A stretch of 64,000 nt of DNA, from the NCBI GenBank assembly GCA_963599085.1, contig CAVBVK010000004.1, forward strand, positions 23,613 to 87,612, read 5' to 3'. The translations under genes and the position numbers were made by a program. Below the pieces are notes generated by a model. That model did not search any database, was not told the DNA's origin, and saw nothing but the letters and a program-made list of their open reading frames with translations. This stretch comes from a bacterium (GTDB lineage: Bacteria > Bacteroidota > Bacteroidia > Bacteroidales > Bacteroidaceae). Positions 1-9,992 of the stretch are shown in pieces (within the stretch, counting starts at the first letter, position 1; the number at the start of each line of letters is the position of its first letter).

Positions 1-578
1 TAGAGGACGGCTGCATGAAATTCAATGCAGGAGAGGGAGAAGGTGGAGACATCATCTTCGGGCACAAATTCAAGAACTTCATCCTGACAATGGACTGGAA
101 AGTGTCCAAGGGCGCCAACTCAGGCATCTTCTACCTCGCACAAGAAGCAAAAAACGCCAAGGGCGAACTTGAACCCATCTATATTTCTGCTCCCGAATGC
201 CAGGTGCTTGACAACGAGAACCATCCTGATGCCAAACTTGGCGTGGACGGCAACCGCAAGGCATCATCCCTCTATGACATGATTCCGGCAAAACCGCAGA
301 ACGCAAAACCGTATGACGAGTGGAACAGCGTTGCCATCATGGTGAACAACGGTACGGTGACACATTTCATGAATGGCGCCAAGGTGCTGTCCTACAAGCT
401 GTGGACACCGGAATGGACTGAAATGCTGCAAAACAGCAAGTTCTCGGAGAAGGCATGGCCTGCTGCATTTAAGCTGCTCAACGACTGTGGCGGGCCTAAC
501 CATGAAGGTCTGATTGGCATGCAAGACCATGGAGACACCGTGTGGTTTAAAAACATAAAGGTAAAAGAACTGAAATAA
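1..578 (+). CDS. DUF1080 (3-keto-disaccharide hydrolase) family protein, N-terminus off-window
   Basis: The frame stays open to nt 1 upstream of the ATG at 15. The translation parallels the downstream paralog (GGDxIFxHKFxNF, KVSKGANSGIFY, QVLDNxNHPDAxLGVDGNR, GxQDHGD). Confidence 0.8.
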   Translation, partial: EDGCMKFNAGEGEGGDIIFGHKFKNFILTMDWKVSKGANSGIFYLAQEAKNAKGELEPIYISAPECQVLDNENHPDAKLGVDGNRKASSLYDMIPAKPQNAKPYDEWNSVAIMVNNGTVTHFMNGAKVLSYKLWTPEWTEMLQNSKFSEKAWPAAFKLLNDCGGPNHEGLIGMQDHGDTVWFKNIKVKELK

Positions 579-617
579 CAATTATCCACATGACATATAG
601 CCATAAGCCTATAAGCC

Positions 618-1520
618 ATGTCAAAAAAAAGAAAGACTATGAAAAAGATATTGTTCCTCGTTGCCGCCGCTTTTATGATAACAGCCTGTGGCGGCAAGAA
701 GTGCCAGTGCAACTGCAAGTGCGCAGGCTGTGAGTGCTCACAGGACACGACCGCACAGAATCAGGACCTCGACATGAAGGTGGCCGACAAGCAGAACGTG
801 GACATCAACAAGTTCCCCAAGGACAAAGACGGATACATCGTGTTGTTTGACGGCAAAACACTGAACGGATGGCGCGGCTACGGAATGGACACGGCTCCAA
901 AGAGCTGGACGGTGCAGGACGGTGCCATCACACTGAAGGGTTCGGGCACTGGCGAAGCACACGCTGCCGATGGCGGTGACCTTATTTTTGCCCACAAATT
1001 CCAGAACTTCACGCTCGAGCTGGAATACAAGGTGTCGAAAGGAGCAAACTCCGGCATCTTCTACATGGCGCAGGAAGTCATGGGCAAAGTGAACGGAAAA
1101 TACGAGTACCTGCCCATTTGGCAGTCATCGTCTGAGTTCCAGGTGCTCGACAATGCAAACCACCCCGATGCACAGCTTGGTGTGGACGGCAACCGACAGT
1201 CGGCCTCACTCTACGACATGATTCCTGCCAAGCCGCAGAACTCAAAACCATACGGACAGTGGAACTCTGTGAAGATTATGGTCTATAAAGGCACAGTCAT
1301 CCACGGACAAAACGGACAGAACGTTGTGGAATATCACCTTTGGACGCCGAAGTGGACAGAGATGCTGCAGAACAGCAAGTTCAAGAAAGGCGGAGATTTC
1401 CCGTATGCTTTTGACTTGCTCAACAACATGGGCGGCGACAAGCATGAAGGCTACATCGGTCTGCAAGATCACGGCGACAATGTGCAATACCGCAACATCC
1501 GCATTAAGATTATGGAGTAA
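618..1520 (+). CDS. DUF1080 (3-keto-disaccharide hydrolase) family lipoprotein
   Basis: ATG at 618 (alternative ATG at 639). Signal peptide with lipobox ITAC, then a Cys-rich linker. The C-terminal ~220 aa are paralogous to the preceding gene. Confidence 0.85.
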   Translation: MSKKRKTMKKILFLVAAAFMITACGGKKCQCNCKCAGCECSQDTTAQNQDLDMKVADKQNVDINKFPKDKDGYIVLFDGKTLNGWRGYGMDTAPKSWTVQDGAITLKGSGTGEAHAADGGDLIFAHKFQNFTLELEYKVSKGANSGIFYMAQEVMGKVNGKYEYLPIWQSSSEFQVLDNANHPDAQLGVDGNRQSASLYDMIPAKPQNSKPYGQWNSVKIMVYKGTVIHGQNGQNVVEYHLWTPKWTEMLQNSKFKKGGDFPYAFDLLNNMGGDKHEGYIGLQDHGDNVQYRNIRIKIME

Positions 1521-1544
1521 AGTTTTAATTTTACAGAGTCTATC

Positions 1545-2495
1545 ATGAAAAAGAACATCTGTTTCATTGCCCTCACGGCATTGCTGCTCAGTCTGCCGAT
1601 TGCCATACAGGCTCAGCAACGCCACGGCAATGGGCATAACAAAACAAGACAACGCGGAATGATACAGAAAGAATTGTGCCTACAACTCTACTCGGTGCGC
1701 GATCTCGTGAAGGACATCAACAAAGATGGCAATGCCGAGGAAAGGTGGACCAGCCTGTTAGCCAGGCTGCACGGCATGGGATATACCTCTGTGGAGGCAG
1801 CTTGGTACGATCAGGAACACGGCACCTTCTATAACCGCAAAGCCAAAGACTTCAAGAAAGACATTGAACAGGCAGGCATGAAAGTGTTGTCATCGCATGT
1901 CGGACACGGACTTACGGATGAAGAACTGGCTTCAGGAGACTTCTCCAAGGAACTGAAATGGTGGAAGAAATGCATAGCCGACCACAAGGCTGCCGGCATG
2001 AGCTACATCGTAAACCCGTGGATAGGGAAACAGAAGTCAGTACACGACCTTGATGTTTACTGCCGCTACCTCAATGCAATAGGCAAGATGTGCAAGGACG
2101 AAGGCATAGGTTTCGGCTACCACAACCACGATTACGAGTTTGAGAAAGTGGAAGACCAAGTACAATACGACTATATGCTGGAACACACCAACCCCGAGTA
2201 TGTGTTCTTCCAGATGGACATGTATTGGGTGGTGCGCGGTGGATGCAGTCCGGTAGAGTATTTCAACCGCTACCCCGGACGCTTCAAGTCGTTCCATTGT
2301 AAAGACCTCCGTGAAATCGGTCAGAGCGGCATGGTGGGATGGGATGCCATATTCCACAACGCCAAGACAGCCGGCGTACAGTATATTGTGGCTGAAATAG
2401 AGCAGTATTCCATGCCCGTGGAAGAAAGCGTGGGCAAGAGTGCACAATACCTGTTGCGTGCGCCTTTCGTCAAGGCATCCTACCCAGTGAAGTAA
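1545..2495 (+). CDS. secreted sugar phosphate isomerase/epimerase (xylose isomerase-like TIM barrel)
   Basis: Signal peptide MKKNICFIALTALLLSLPIAIQAQ. TIM-barrel family pattern (GYTSVE, GYHNHDYEF, MDMYWV). Confidence 0.75.
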   Translation: MKKNICFIALTALLLSLPIAIQAQQRHGNGHNKTRQRGMIQKELCLQLYSVRDLVKDINKDGNAEERWTSLLARLHGMGYTSVEAAWYDQEHGTFYNRKAKDFKKDIEQAGMKVLSSHVGHGLTDEELASGDFSKELKWWKKCIADHKAAGMSYIVNPWIGKQKSVHDLDVYCRYLNAIGKMCKDEGIGFGYHNHDYEFEKVEDQVQYDYMLEHTNPEYVFFQMDMYWVVRGGCSPVEYFNRYPGRFKSFHCKDLREIGQSGMVGWDAIFHNAKTAGVQYIVAEIEQYSMPVEESVGKSAQYLLRAPFVKASYPVK

Positions 2496-2632
2496 TTCAG
2501 TTCAGGAATACATCGAGATGCCTGTTATAGAAAAACAGCTCATGTAATGAAAAGGGTAACATCAGTACGACTTGTAGCCGCATAGATGTTGTCCTTTTTA
2601 GTTAAAAAAGAATAATTAGCCGCTTCTTCATA

Positions 2633-3484
2633 GTGCAATACGATGAAAAAGCAGTAACTTTGCCTAACAATTTCATTGTTCAAACAAAGCTGAAAAGCGT
2701 GAGTGTAAAGGAAGTTATTGAAGCCCTTGAACGATTCGCGCCTTTGCCCTTGCAGGAAGGATGGGACAATGCCGGCCTGCAAGTAGGACTGACAGAGGCG
2801 GAAGTATCAGGGGCATTATTGTGTCTGGATGTGACTGAACAGGTGGTGGACGAGGCCATACGCCTTGGCTGCAACCTCATCGTGTCGCACCATCCGCTCA
2901 TTTTCCACAAACTTTCACATATCACCGGCAACGACTATGTGCAGCGCATCGTGATGAAGGCCATAAAGCACGACACCGTCATAGCGTCGATGCACACCAA
3001 CATGGACAACGCCCCGGGTGGAGTGAACTACAAGATAGCCGAAAAGCTATGCCTTGGCAACGTGCGCTTCATACAGCCCAAGACCGTGGGCGACAGCGAA
3101 TGCGGGTCGGGAGTGATCGGTGAATGGGCTGAACCCGTTGCCGCTGACGACTTCGTGACACTGATAAAAAAGACATTCGGAGTGGAGTGCGTACAGTGCA
3201 ACCAACTGTTGCGGCGCGGAATAAGGCGTGTCGCCATCTGCGGCGGAGCAGGAGCGTTCCTCCTCGACGATGCGGCAGCAGCCGGAGCCGACGCATTCAT
3301 CACCGGGGAGATGCACTACCATGAGTTCTTCGGGCGCGAACAGCAGATACAAATAGCCGTGATAGGGCACTACCAGAGCGAACAATTCACCAGCGAAATA
3401 TTCAAAACAATAATCGAGGAGCAGTGCAAGGGCGTGCAATGCCATATCACAAGCACCTGCACCAATCCTATAATCTATTTTTAA
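2633..3484 (+). CDS. Nif3-like dinuclear metal centre protein (YbgI family)
   Basis: Motifs DNAGLQVG, LIVSHHPLIF, ASMHTNMD, GEMHYHEF. The ORF-track start 2633 is GTG. An in-frame GTG at 2699 would give the usual short N-terminus, so the start is uncertain. Confidence 0.8.
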   Translation: MQYDEKAVTLPNNFIVQTKLKSVSVKEVIEALERFAPLPLQEGWDNAGLQVGLTEAEVSGALLCLDVTEQVVDEAIRLGCNLIVSHHPLIFHKLSHITGNDYVQRIVMKAIKHDTVIASMHTNMDNAPGGVNYKIAEKLCLGNVRFIQPKTVGDSECGSGVIGEWAEPVAADDFVTLIKKTFGVECVQCNQLLRRGIRRVAICGGAGAFLLDDAAAAGADAFITGEMHYHEFFGREQQIQIAVIGHYQSEQFTSEIFKTIIEEQCKGVQCHITSTCTNPIIYF

Positions 3485-3486
3485 TT

Positions 3487-4338
3487 ATGGCAAAGAAAGA
3501 CCCAACAGACTTATCGGTGGAAGAGAAACTTAACGCACTCTACCAACTCCAGACCACATTGTCGGCTATCGACGAGAAGCGCGCACTGCGCGGCGAGCTC
3601 CCCCTTGAAGTGCAAGACCTTGAAGACGAGATTGCAGGACTGAAAACCCGTGTGGAGAAAATACAGGCTGAAATAAACGACTTCAACTATGCCATCGATA
3701 CAAAGAAGAACGACATAGCCGAAGCACAGAACAGCGTGGCACGCTACAAGAAGCAGCTCGACGAGGTGAGAAACAACCGCGAATATGACACCCTCACCAA
3801 GGAAATAGAGTTCCAAAGCCTCGAAATAGAGCTTTGCGACAAGAAAATAAAGGAAGCTCTCGCCAGAGTGGAGGAACGCACACACGACATGGAACAGACG
3901 GAACAGCTCATCGACGACCGCCAGGCGGCACTTGACGAGAAGAAGGGCGAACTTGACGAAATCATGCAGGAGACACGCGAAGAGGAAGAAAAGCTCAAGC
4001 AGCAGTCGAAAGAACTCGAAGCAAAGATTGAGCCGCGCCTCCTTTCAAGCTTCAAGCGCATACGCAAGAACGCGCGCAACGGGCTCGGAATCGTCTATGT
4101 GCAGCGCGATGCGTGCGGCGGATGCTTCAACAAGATACCGCCACAGCGACAGCTTGACATCAAGATGCACAAGAAAATCATCGTTTGTGAATACTGCGGC
4201 CGCATTATGATCGACCCCGAGCTCGCCGGCGTACAGCAGGAAACGGCAACCGTTGCCGAGGAGAAACCGAAGCGCAAGCGCACCGCCCGCAAGCCCGCTT
4301 CAAAGAAGTCGGAAGAGGCGGATGCCACAATGGACTAA
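3487..4338 (+). CDS. coiled-coil zinc-ribbon protein (COG1579-like Nif3 neighbour)
   Basis: ATG at 3487, right after the Nif3 stop. Long coiled coil, then the CGGC...CEYCG ribbon and a basic tail. The ORF-track extension back to 3424 overlaps Nif3. Confidence 0.8.
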   Translation: MAKKDPTDLSVEEKLNALYQLQTTLSAIDEKRALRGELPLEVQDLEDEIAGLKTRVEKIQAEINDFNYAIDTKKNDIAEAQNSVARYKKQLDEVRNNREYDTLTKEIEFQSLEIELCDKKIKEALARVEERTHDMEQTEQLIDDRQAALDEKKGELDEIMQETREEEEKLKQQSKELEAKIEPRLLSSFKRIRKNARNGLGIVYVQRDACGGCFNKIPPQRQLDIKMHKKIIVCEYCGRIMIDPELAGVQQETATVAEEKPKRKRTARKPASKKSEEADATMD

Positions 4339-4450
4339 GATCCGCTTATTGACGGAAAACAACGATGCGACACTTCCGGCCTTGTAAAGGCTTGGAAATG
4401 TCGCATTTACGTTTTCTCACCTGACTGACAAGCGCACCGTAAGGGCGGCA

Positions 4451-5254
4451 TCAGTTCATGCCACGGTGCCTGTAAATGGTTTCCTTCGCCTCGTTTATCT
4501 CCTGAAACTTGCGTTCGGCAGCCTTGCGCACATCGTCGCCAAGTGTCGCCACACGGTCGGGATGGTGCTGCAACGCCATCCTGCGGTAAGCCGCCTTCAC
4601 CTCGGCATCGGTTGCCTGCGCACTGATGCCGAGCACCTTGTAGGCGGCATCAAGGTTGCTCACGCCGCCACCGAGATTGAGCATGGAGTCGAGGTCGGCA
4701 GCCGACAGGCCGAGAGCCGCCGTGACAAAGCGCAGGGCATCCACCTCCTGCGGAGCCATGATGCCGTCGGCTTTGGCTATCATCACGAGGAAGTCGAGCA
4801 GTTGCAGACGTTGTGCAGCGTTCATGTTGGCACGGATATCGCCGCAAGCATTCTGTATGGCAGTGCGGAACGCACCTTCGCCCATGCGTTTCTGCTCTTC
4901 AAAGAGCCGCAGCAGTATCTCCTCGCCCTGACTCACGGCACGCTCTCCGAAGTTGGCGCGAAGGAACTTGCGCACAAGCTCCATCTCGGAGTGCATCACC
5001 TTACCGTCCGCACGGATGATGTACGACGACAGTACGAGAAGCGAAAAAAGGAAGGAATTGCGCTCACCCTGCCTGTGTTCGCTCTCGGTGCTGCCATAAC
5101 CGGCACGATAGCCGCCGGAACATTGTCCTGCTTCATTGTCCTGCTCCGCACTCTTGTCGAAAAGCCAGCCCAATGCCATTCCAGCGAGCACTCCAAGAGG
5201 CCCCGTTCCGGTCATAAAACCGAGAAATCCGCCAATCCATTTTCCTGTTCCCAT
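4451..5254 (-). CDS. DjlA-like co-chaperone (TM segment + TerB-like domain + C-terminal J domain)
   Basis: Gly-rich N-terminal TM segment. C-terminal J domain with HPD (YRRMALQHHPDRV). Confidence 0.75.
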   Translation of the reverse strand: MGTGKWIGGFLGFMTGTGPLGVLAGMALGWLFDKSAEQDNEAGQCSGGYRAGYGSTESEHRQGERNSFLFSLLVLSSYIIRADGKVMHSEMELVRKFLRANFGERAVSQGEEILLRLFEEQKRMGEGAFRTAIQNACGDIRANMNAAQRLQLLDFLVMIAKADGIMAPQEVDALRFVTAALGLSAADLDSMLNLGGGVSNLDAAYKVLGISAQATDAEVKAAYRRMALQHHPDRVATLGDDVRKAAERKFQEINEAKETIYRHRGMN

Positions 5255-5447
5255 ATTGTCTTGTATGTTTGTCCGTTAATTCTTTACCATTTGCCAGGCA
5301 GCCGACAGGCATGCCTTCATGCCTGCGAAGTTACGAAATATTTCCCGGAACTTGCGGATTAAAAATAAAATTCATAACTTCGCACAACATGCACATATAC
5401 GTTTCGCCCCCACAAACCCGCGTTGTGCATGGGAAAAGACACTATAT

Positions 5448-6185
5448 ATGAAAATAAGAATAGACAACCTCCGAAAGGAATTCGGGCAGAAAACGGCTGT
5501 CGATATCAGCGGTTTCGATATCAACGACGGCGAGATAACAGGCTTGGTGGGCAACAACGGTGCCGGAAAGACCACACTTTTCCGCATCATGCTCGACCTG
5601 TTGAAAGCCGACACTGGAAGCATCACCTTCACCACCGAGTGCCGACCGGGCAGCGGAGAAGCCCCAAAAAGCATCAATCCGGCGCAAAGCGAAGAGTGGA
5701 AGAAATACACCGGAGCATATATCGACACGAGTTTCCTCATCGACTTCCTCACGCCTGAGGAGTATTTCGAATTCATCGGACAGATAACGGGCATGTCTAA
5801 GGAAGAGGAAACGGCGCGCCTTGCCGACTTTGAACAGCTTATGGGCGGGGAAATTCTCGGGCAACAGAAGTACATACGCAACTTCTCGGCAGGCAACAAG
5901 CAGAAGATTGGTATCATCGCGGCATTGTTCAGCCGCCCGCAACTCGTCATTCTCGACGAGCCGTTCAACTTCCTCGATCCAAGCAGTCAGAACGTATTGA
6001 AGAAGACCCTCGCCGACTATAACCGCGAGACACACGCCACAATACTTATATCAAGCCACAACCTGCAACACACAATAGAGGTGTCGTCGCGCATAGCACT
6101 GCTCGAACACGGCAAAATCATCAGCGACCTCGACAACACCGGTCAATGCGCCGAGGCACAGCTTGAGGAGTATTTCAAGGTATAG
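5448..6185 (+). CDS. ABC transporter ATP-binding protein (no adjacent permease)
   Basis: Walker A GNNGAGKT, signature-like FSAGNKQK, Walker B LVILDEPF, H-loop SSHN. Start moved to ATG 5448 (MKIRIDNLRKEF). Confidence 0.85.
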   Translation: MKIRIDNLRKEFGQKTAVDISGFDINDGEITGLVGNNGAGKTTLFRIMLDLLKADTGSITFTTECRPGSGEAPKSINPAQSEEWKKYTGAYIDTSFLIDFLTPEEYFEFIGQITGMSKEEETARLADFEQLMGGEILGQQKYIRNFSAGNKQKIGIIAALFSRPQLVILDEPFNFLDPSSQNVLKKTLADYNRETHATILISSHNLQHTIEVSSRIALLEHGKIISDLDNTGQCAEAQLEEYFKV

Positions 6186-6205
6186 ACAACACGGACTGAC
6201 TGCTA

Positions 6206-7768
6206 TCAGCAGTATTGCCCGCGCCGACGGCCATGCGCCGAGCGGTAAAGCCGCACTGCATAGCATGCAAGGAAATACAGGCATGCAAGCATGACATAAA
6301 GCATCGCCACCTGGAACCCATTGATTTTTATGTTCTCAACGCTTGCGCCCGGCAGCCGTGAAAGCCACTCCAAGGCATCGTTCATAAACCCTGCGGCAAG
6401 GTTTATGCCCTTCAACAGCCACAACTGAAGCCCCGGCAAGGGCGTAAACAGGAACACAAGCAACGACGCATTAAGCACAAGCGTGGCCAAAGGCACTGCC
6501 ACGAGGTTGGCAAAAAGGAAATAACAGGAGATGCGTCCGAAGTAGAATGCCAGCAAAGGTGCCACTGCCAATTGCGCCGAGAACGACACGACACTCAGTC
6601 CCCACACCCATTTCAACAGACGGTGGCAGCGCAGCCATCCGTCATTTACAATGTTATAAAACGGCCTGTACAGCACCATTATGCCCGCAACAGCCAGAAA
6701 TGACAACTGGAAGCCGACATCCCACAGGCTCAACGGACTCACCACCAGTATGACAAAAGCAGCGAATGCCCACGCATTAAGCGACAGTTGCGGACGGCGC
6801 AACATAGAAGCGACGGCATAAAAAGTGAACATTGTGGCAGAACGCACGATACTTGGCATCATGCCCACAATGACAACGTAGGTCCACAACGACATTATCA
6901 CCACCGTCTGTCCTGCCCACCGTTGCCGTCCCCGCACGAAAATGAGCGACAGAAAAGCGTAGATTATCCCCAAATGAAGCCCCGACAGCGCAAGGAGATG
7001 CGATGCTCCCGACACGGAATAGACCTCCTTTGTAGCCGCAGAGAGGTGCGACTTGTCGCCCAATGTCATTGCGACAACCACCGCAGACACCTGTCCGGGA
7101 AGCGATCCGCGCAGACATTTGCCCACAATATGCTCACGGAAGCGCATCGCACGGAGTCTGGTCTTGTCGAAAACGGATATTGACGAAAGGTCGATTACAG
7201 CCCATTTCCATGCGTCATAATACAAAAACGTGGTGCAACTGACGCCTTGCACCTGCAAACAACGCGCATAATCGAAATGTGAAGAAGCTGACTTTCGCAT
7301 TGCGGGAACTTCAAACTTCGATGCAGCCACCACCCCATCGCCCACACGAAGAGCCGCCGCACGCCTGTCTTGAGGCGTACACAGGAACGAAGCGCGCACC
7401 CTGTGCCCTGCGAGGCGGCCTTTGCTGACAAGGATTTCACACGCCACTGTCTTGCCACGCTGCACCGGCCGCGTCATCACCACCGCCTCATAGCTCTCCG
7501 CACTGCCGTTGATGACGGGCGAAAGAGAGTGCTTTTCCATATTCACCAAGGCGCAACCCAACAGGAAAACAGCCACCAGAAGCACGCAACTCTGTGCCAC
7601 GGCATGCCTGTTAAGGCACAATGACACTAGCAGAACCACCGCAACAGCCGCAAACCAATGCCATACGGGCAACAGCCGACACAACGCATCACCAGCAATG
7701 ATGCCCAAAACAAGCATCAAGACAAGCCGCAGAACGGGATAAAGCTGTATGCGCCCGTTGGCAATCAT
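6206..7768 (-). CDS. ComEC/Rec2 family competence membrane protein
   Basis: Polytopic membrane protein with the competence-domain motif GASHLLALSGLHLGI. At 520 aa it has no C-terminal metallo-beta-lactamase domain. Confidence 0.8.
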   Translation of the reverse strand: MIANGRIQLYPVLRLVLMLVLGIIAGDALCRLLPVWHWFAAVAVVLLVSLCLNRHAVAQSCVLLVAVFLLGCALVNMEKHSLSPVINGSAESYEAVVMTRPVQRGKTVACEILVSKGRLAGHRVRASFLCTPQDRRAAALRVGDGVVAASKFEVPAMRKSASSHFDYARCLQVQGVSCTTFLYYDAWKWAVIDLSSISVFDKTRLRAMRFREHIVGKCLRGSLPGQVSAVVVAMTLGDKSHLSAATKEVYSVSGASHLLALSGLHLGIIYAFLSLIFVRGRQRWAGQTVVIMSLWTYVVIVGMMPSIVRSATMFTFYAVASMLRRPQLSLNAWAFAAFVILVVSPLSLWDVGFQLSFLAVAGIMVLYRPFYNIVNDGWLRCHRLLKWVWGLSVVSFSAQLAVAPLLAFYFGRISCYFLFANLVAVPLATLVLNASLLVFLFTPLPGLQLWLLKGINLAAGFMNDALEWLSRLPGASVENIKINGFQVAMLYVMLACLYFLACYAVRLYRSAHGRRRGQYC

Positions 7769-8463
7769 TCGTAATCGTCAATTACATCATTCACAAAATC
7801 CATCATCGGCTTGGCTTCCTCCATCACCGCCGCCATCCCGTCAAGCCACCCGTCGCCCTCGAAAAAGCTGTCGGGCACGCTTTGCCAGCAACAGTAATCC
7901 TTCATGCGCAGATACTGCACAAACTCATAATCACGCTGAAAACCGCTCGGACATGTCTTCAAATGCTCCATTCCGAAGCCTTTTCCGTTGCCCCAACGGC
8001 TCTCGCCAGCCTTTCCGAACAGCGATACAAAGCTCTTTTTCTCCACAATACTGCGCCAGGCGCCGATGTTTCCCATTATCTCGTTGCGACAGGCGGTGAG
8101 GACATTTGTCGGAAGCCAATATGTCCCGACAGCCAGCAACGAATTGCCAGGCTCCAGATGTATGTAATAACCGCCACGGAGCGATTTCCTTCCGTGAGCG
8201 TTAATGAAAGCCCCGAAGTGGCGTTTGTAAGGTGCTTTGTCGGGCGAGAAGCGTGTGTCGCGGTTGAAACGATACGTGCAATCCTTCACATCAAGGTCTG
8301 CGACACTCGCATCGAAGAGTCCGATGCGGGCAATGGCCTGCCCGATGCCCCTTTCAAAATCTTCCCTTGCCTGTAAATACTCCGCCTTGTGCGCCGCAAA
8401 CCATTCACGGTTGTTGTTTGTAGCAATACCTTTCAGAAATCCGAATATAATGTCCGTCTTCAT
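7765..8463 (-). CDS. DUF2461 (TIGR02453) family protein
   Basis: NNNREWF near the N-terminus, and YRFNRDTRFSPDKAPYK. 4-nt overlap with the comEC-like start. Confidence 0.75.
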   Translation of the reverse strand: MKTDIIFGFLKGIATNNNREWFAAHKAEYLQAREDFERGIGQAIARIGLFDASVADLDVKDCTYRFNRDTRFSPDKAPYKRHFGAFINAHGRKSLRGGYYIHLEPGNSLLAVGTYWLPTNVLTACRNEIMGNIGAWRSIVEKKSFVSLFGKAGESRWGNGKGFGMEHLKTCPSGFQRDYEFVQYLRMKDYCCWQSVPDSFFEGDGWLDGMAAVMEEAKPMMDFVNDVIDDYE

Positions 8464-8496
8464 TGTTTTCGTATCATTTGATGTTTGACAATAAGG

Positions 8497-9147
8497 TTAT
8501 GCGAGTTTGGAATGCTCCAAAATCTTGGGGCACACGCTGTCAAGTGGACACTCACCGCAATGCGGTGCACGGCTTGTGCACACATATCTGCCATGCAACA
8601 AGAGCCAGTGATGGGCATCGGCAAGGAGTCCGGAAGGGATGTTCTTGACGAGGACGCGCTCCACTTTGAGCGGCGTATTGGCCGAAGCAGGCACGAGTCC
8701 GAGCCTGTGGCTGACCCGATAAACGTGCGTATCCACCGGCATTGCCGACCCGCCGAATGCCACTGCCTGCATAACATTGGCAGTCTTGCGCCCCACTCCG
8801 GGCAACTGCATGAGTTCGTCTAATGCCTGTGGCACTTCGCCGCCATGCCTTTCCACCAGCATACGTGCGAGTTGCACTATGTGGCGAGCCTTGGCGTTGG
8901 GGTAAGACACGCTTTTCACATATTCATACACCTCCCCCTCGTCAGCGGCAGCCATGGCTTTGGCATCGGGATAGTGCGAGAAGAGAGCGGGAGTGACTTG
9001 GTTCACCCTCTTGTCGGTGCACTGTGCGCTGAGCACAACAGCCACCAACAACTGGAACACCGAGGCGAACTCGAGTTCGGTGGTGACCTTCGGGTTGTGC
9101 TCACGGAAATAGTCCAGCACGTATTCATACCGTTCCTGCCGTTTCAT
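8497..9147 (-). CDS. nth: endonuclease III
   Basis: HhH-GPD motif LPGVGRKTANV and the C-terminal Fe-S loop CTSRAPHCGECPLDSVC. ATG at 9147; the track start 9168 is GTG. Confidence 0.9.
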   Translation of the reverse strand: MKRQERYEYVLDYFREHNPKVTTELEFASVFQLLVAVVLSAQCTDKRVNQVTPALFSHYPDAKAMAAADEGEVYEYVKSVSYPNAKARHIVQLARMLVERHGGEVPQALDELMQLPGVGRKTANVMQAVAFGGSAMPVDTHVYRVSHRLGLVPASANTPLKVERVLVKNIPSGLLADAHHWLLLHGRYVCTSRAPHCGECPLDSVCPKILEHSKLA

Positions 9148-9339
9148 AACATGATCTTTAATAAACACAAAAATACAAAATCATTTGCAAACGCCACTTC
9201 TTTTCCGTGACATTTTTGTCGCACCTGACAACGGCAGAGACGCCAACGGGCGGCGAACCACACCTTATGGTTCACCGCCCGTCGCATTATCTTGGGGCAT
9301 GCAGGCGTTCAATCCTGCTGCTTATGTATCATTCCACCA

Positions 9340-9966
9340 TCATTTTTTCTTGGCGTCAGCGGCCTTTTCAGTCTTCGGAGCTTCCTTGTAAGCCTTGTTC
9401 AACCCGGCCACCACCTCGTTGGTGATGTCGTGAGCCTTGTCGGCGTAGAGGATATTGTCGCCTGCCTTGCTGAGAATGAGTCCGTACTTCTTGTCCTTGT
9501 TATATACGGCGAGGAAGTGCTGGATGCTGTCGCGCAAAGCATTGTTGTACTTTTCCGTCTCTGTCTGGAACTCACTGCTCAGACGCTGGTTAAGCTGTTG
9601 CAGGTCGTTGTTCTGTTTCTGCAACGACATCTGTATGCGCTGTGCTTCTTCACGGGTGTAGGCATTCTGCTGCAACTTCTGCTGGAAGTTGGCGGCGGCG
9701 GTCTCAAGCTGCTGCTGTTTGGCAGCGAGGGTGTTCTGTATGTTCTGTCCCTTCTTCTGGAGAATGAGCGAATAGTCCTTGCAGAACTTGTACTGTGTCA
9801 TAATGCTGTCCACCTCCACGAAGGCGATTTTTGTGACCGAAGCGGCGGGCTGCCGTGTTGCAGGACAGGCGTCGTCGGCCTGCTGCTTTGATTTGTCACA
9901 CGAAGTTACGCCCAATACTGCCATTGCCACAAAGGCGAAAGTTGCAAAAAAGTTTCTCTTTGTCAT
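9340..9966 (-). CDS. OmpH/Skp family periplasmic chaperone lipoprotein
   Basis: Signal peptide with lipobox VTSC from ATG 9966. Gln-rich coiled coil typical of OmpH. Confidence 0.8.
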   Translation of the reverse strand: MTKRNFFATFAFVAMAVLGVTSCDKSKQQADDACPATRQPAASVTKIAFVEVDSIMTQYKFCKDYSLILQKKGQNIQNTLAAKQQQLETAAANFQQKLQQNAYTREEAQRIQMSLQKQNNDLQQLNQRLSSEFQTETEKYNNALRDSIQHFLAVYNKDKKYGLILSKAGDNILYADKAHDITNEVVAGLNKAYKEAPKTEKAADAKKK

Positions 9967-9992
9967 CTTTTTATCTGTTTTTTTTTGATTTA

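Noticed and set aside
5448-6185. An orphan ABC ATPase as part of a novel transporter or immunity system.
   Set aside because: No permease, peptide or regulator gene is adjacent. The neighbours are a divergent DjlA-like gene and a convergent ComEC gene. The FSAGNKQK signature is within normal ABC variation, so a single gene with no context supports no claim.
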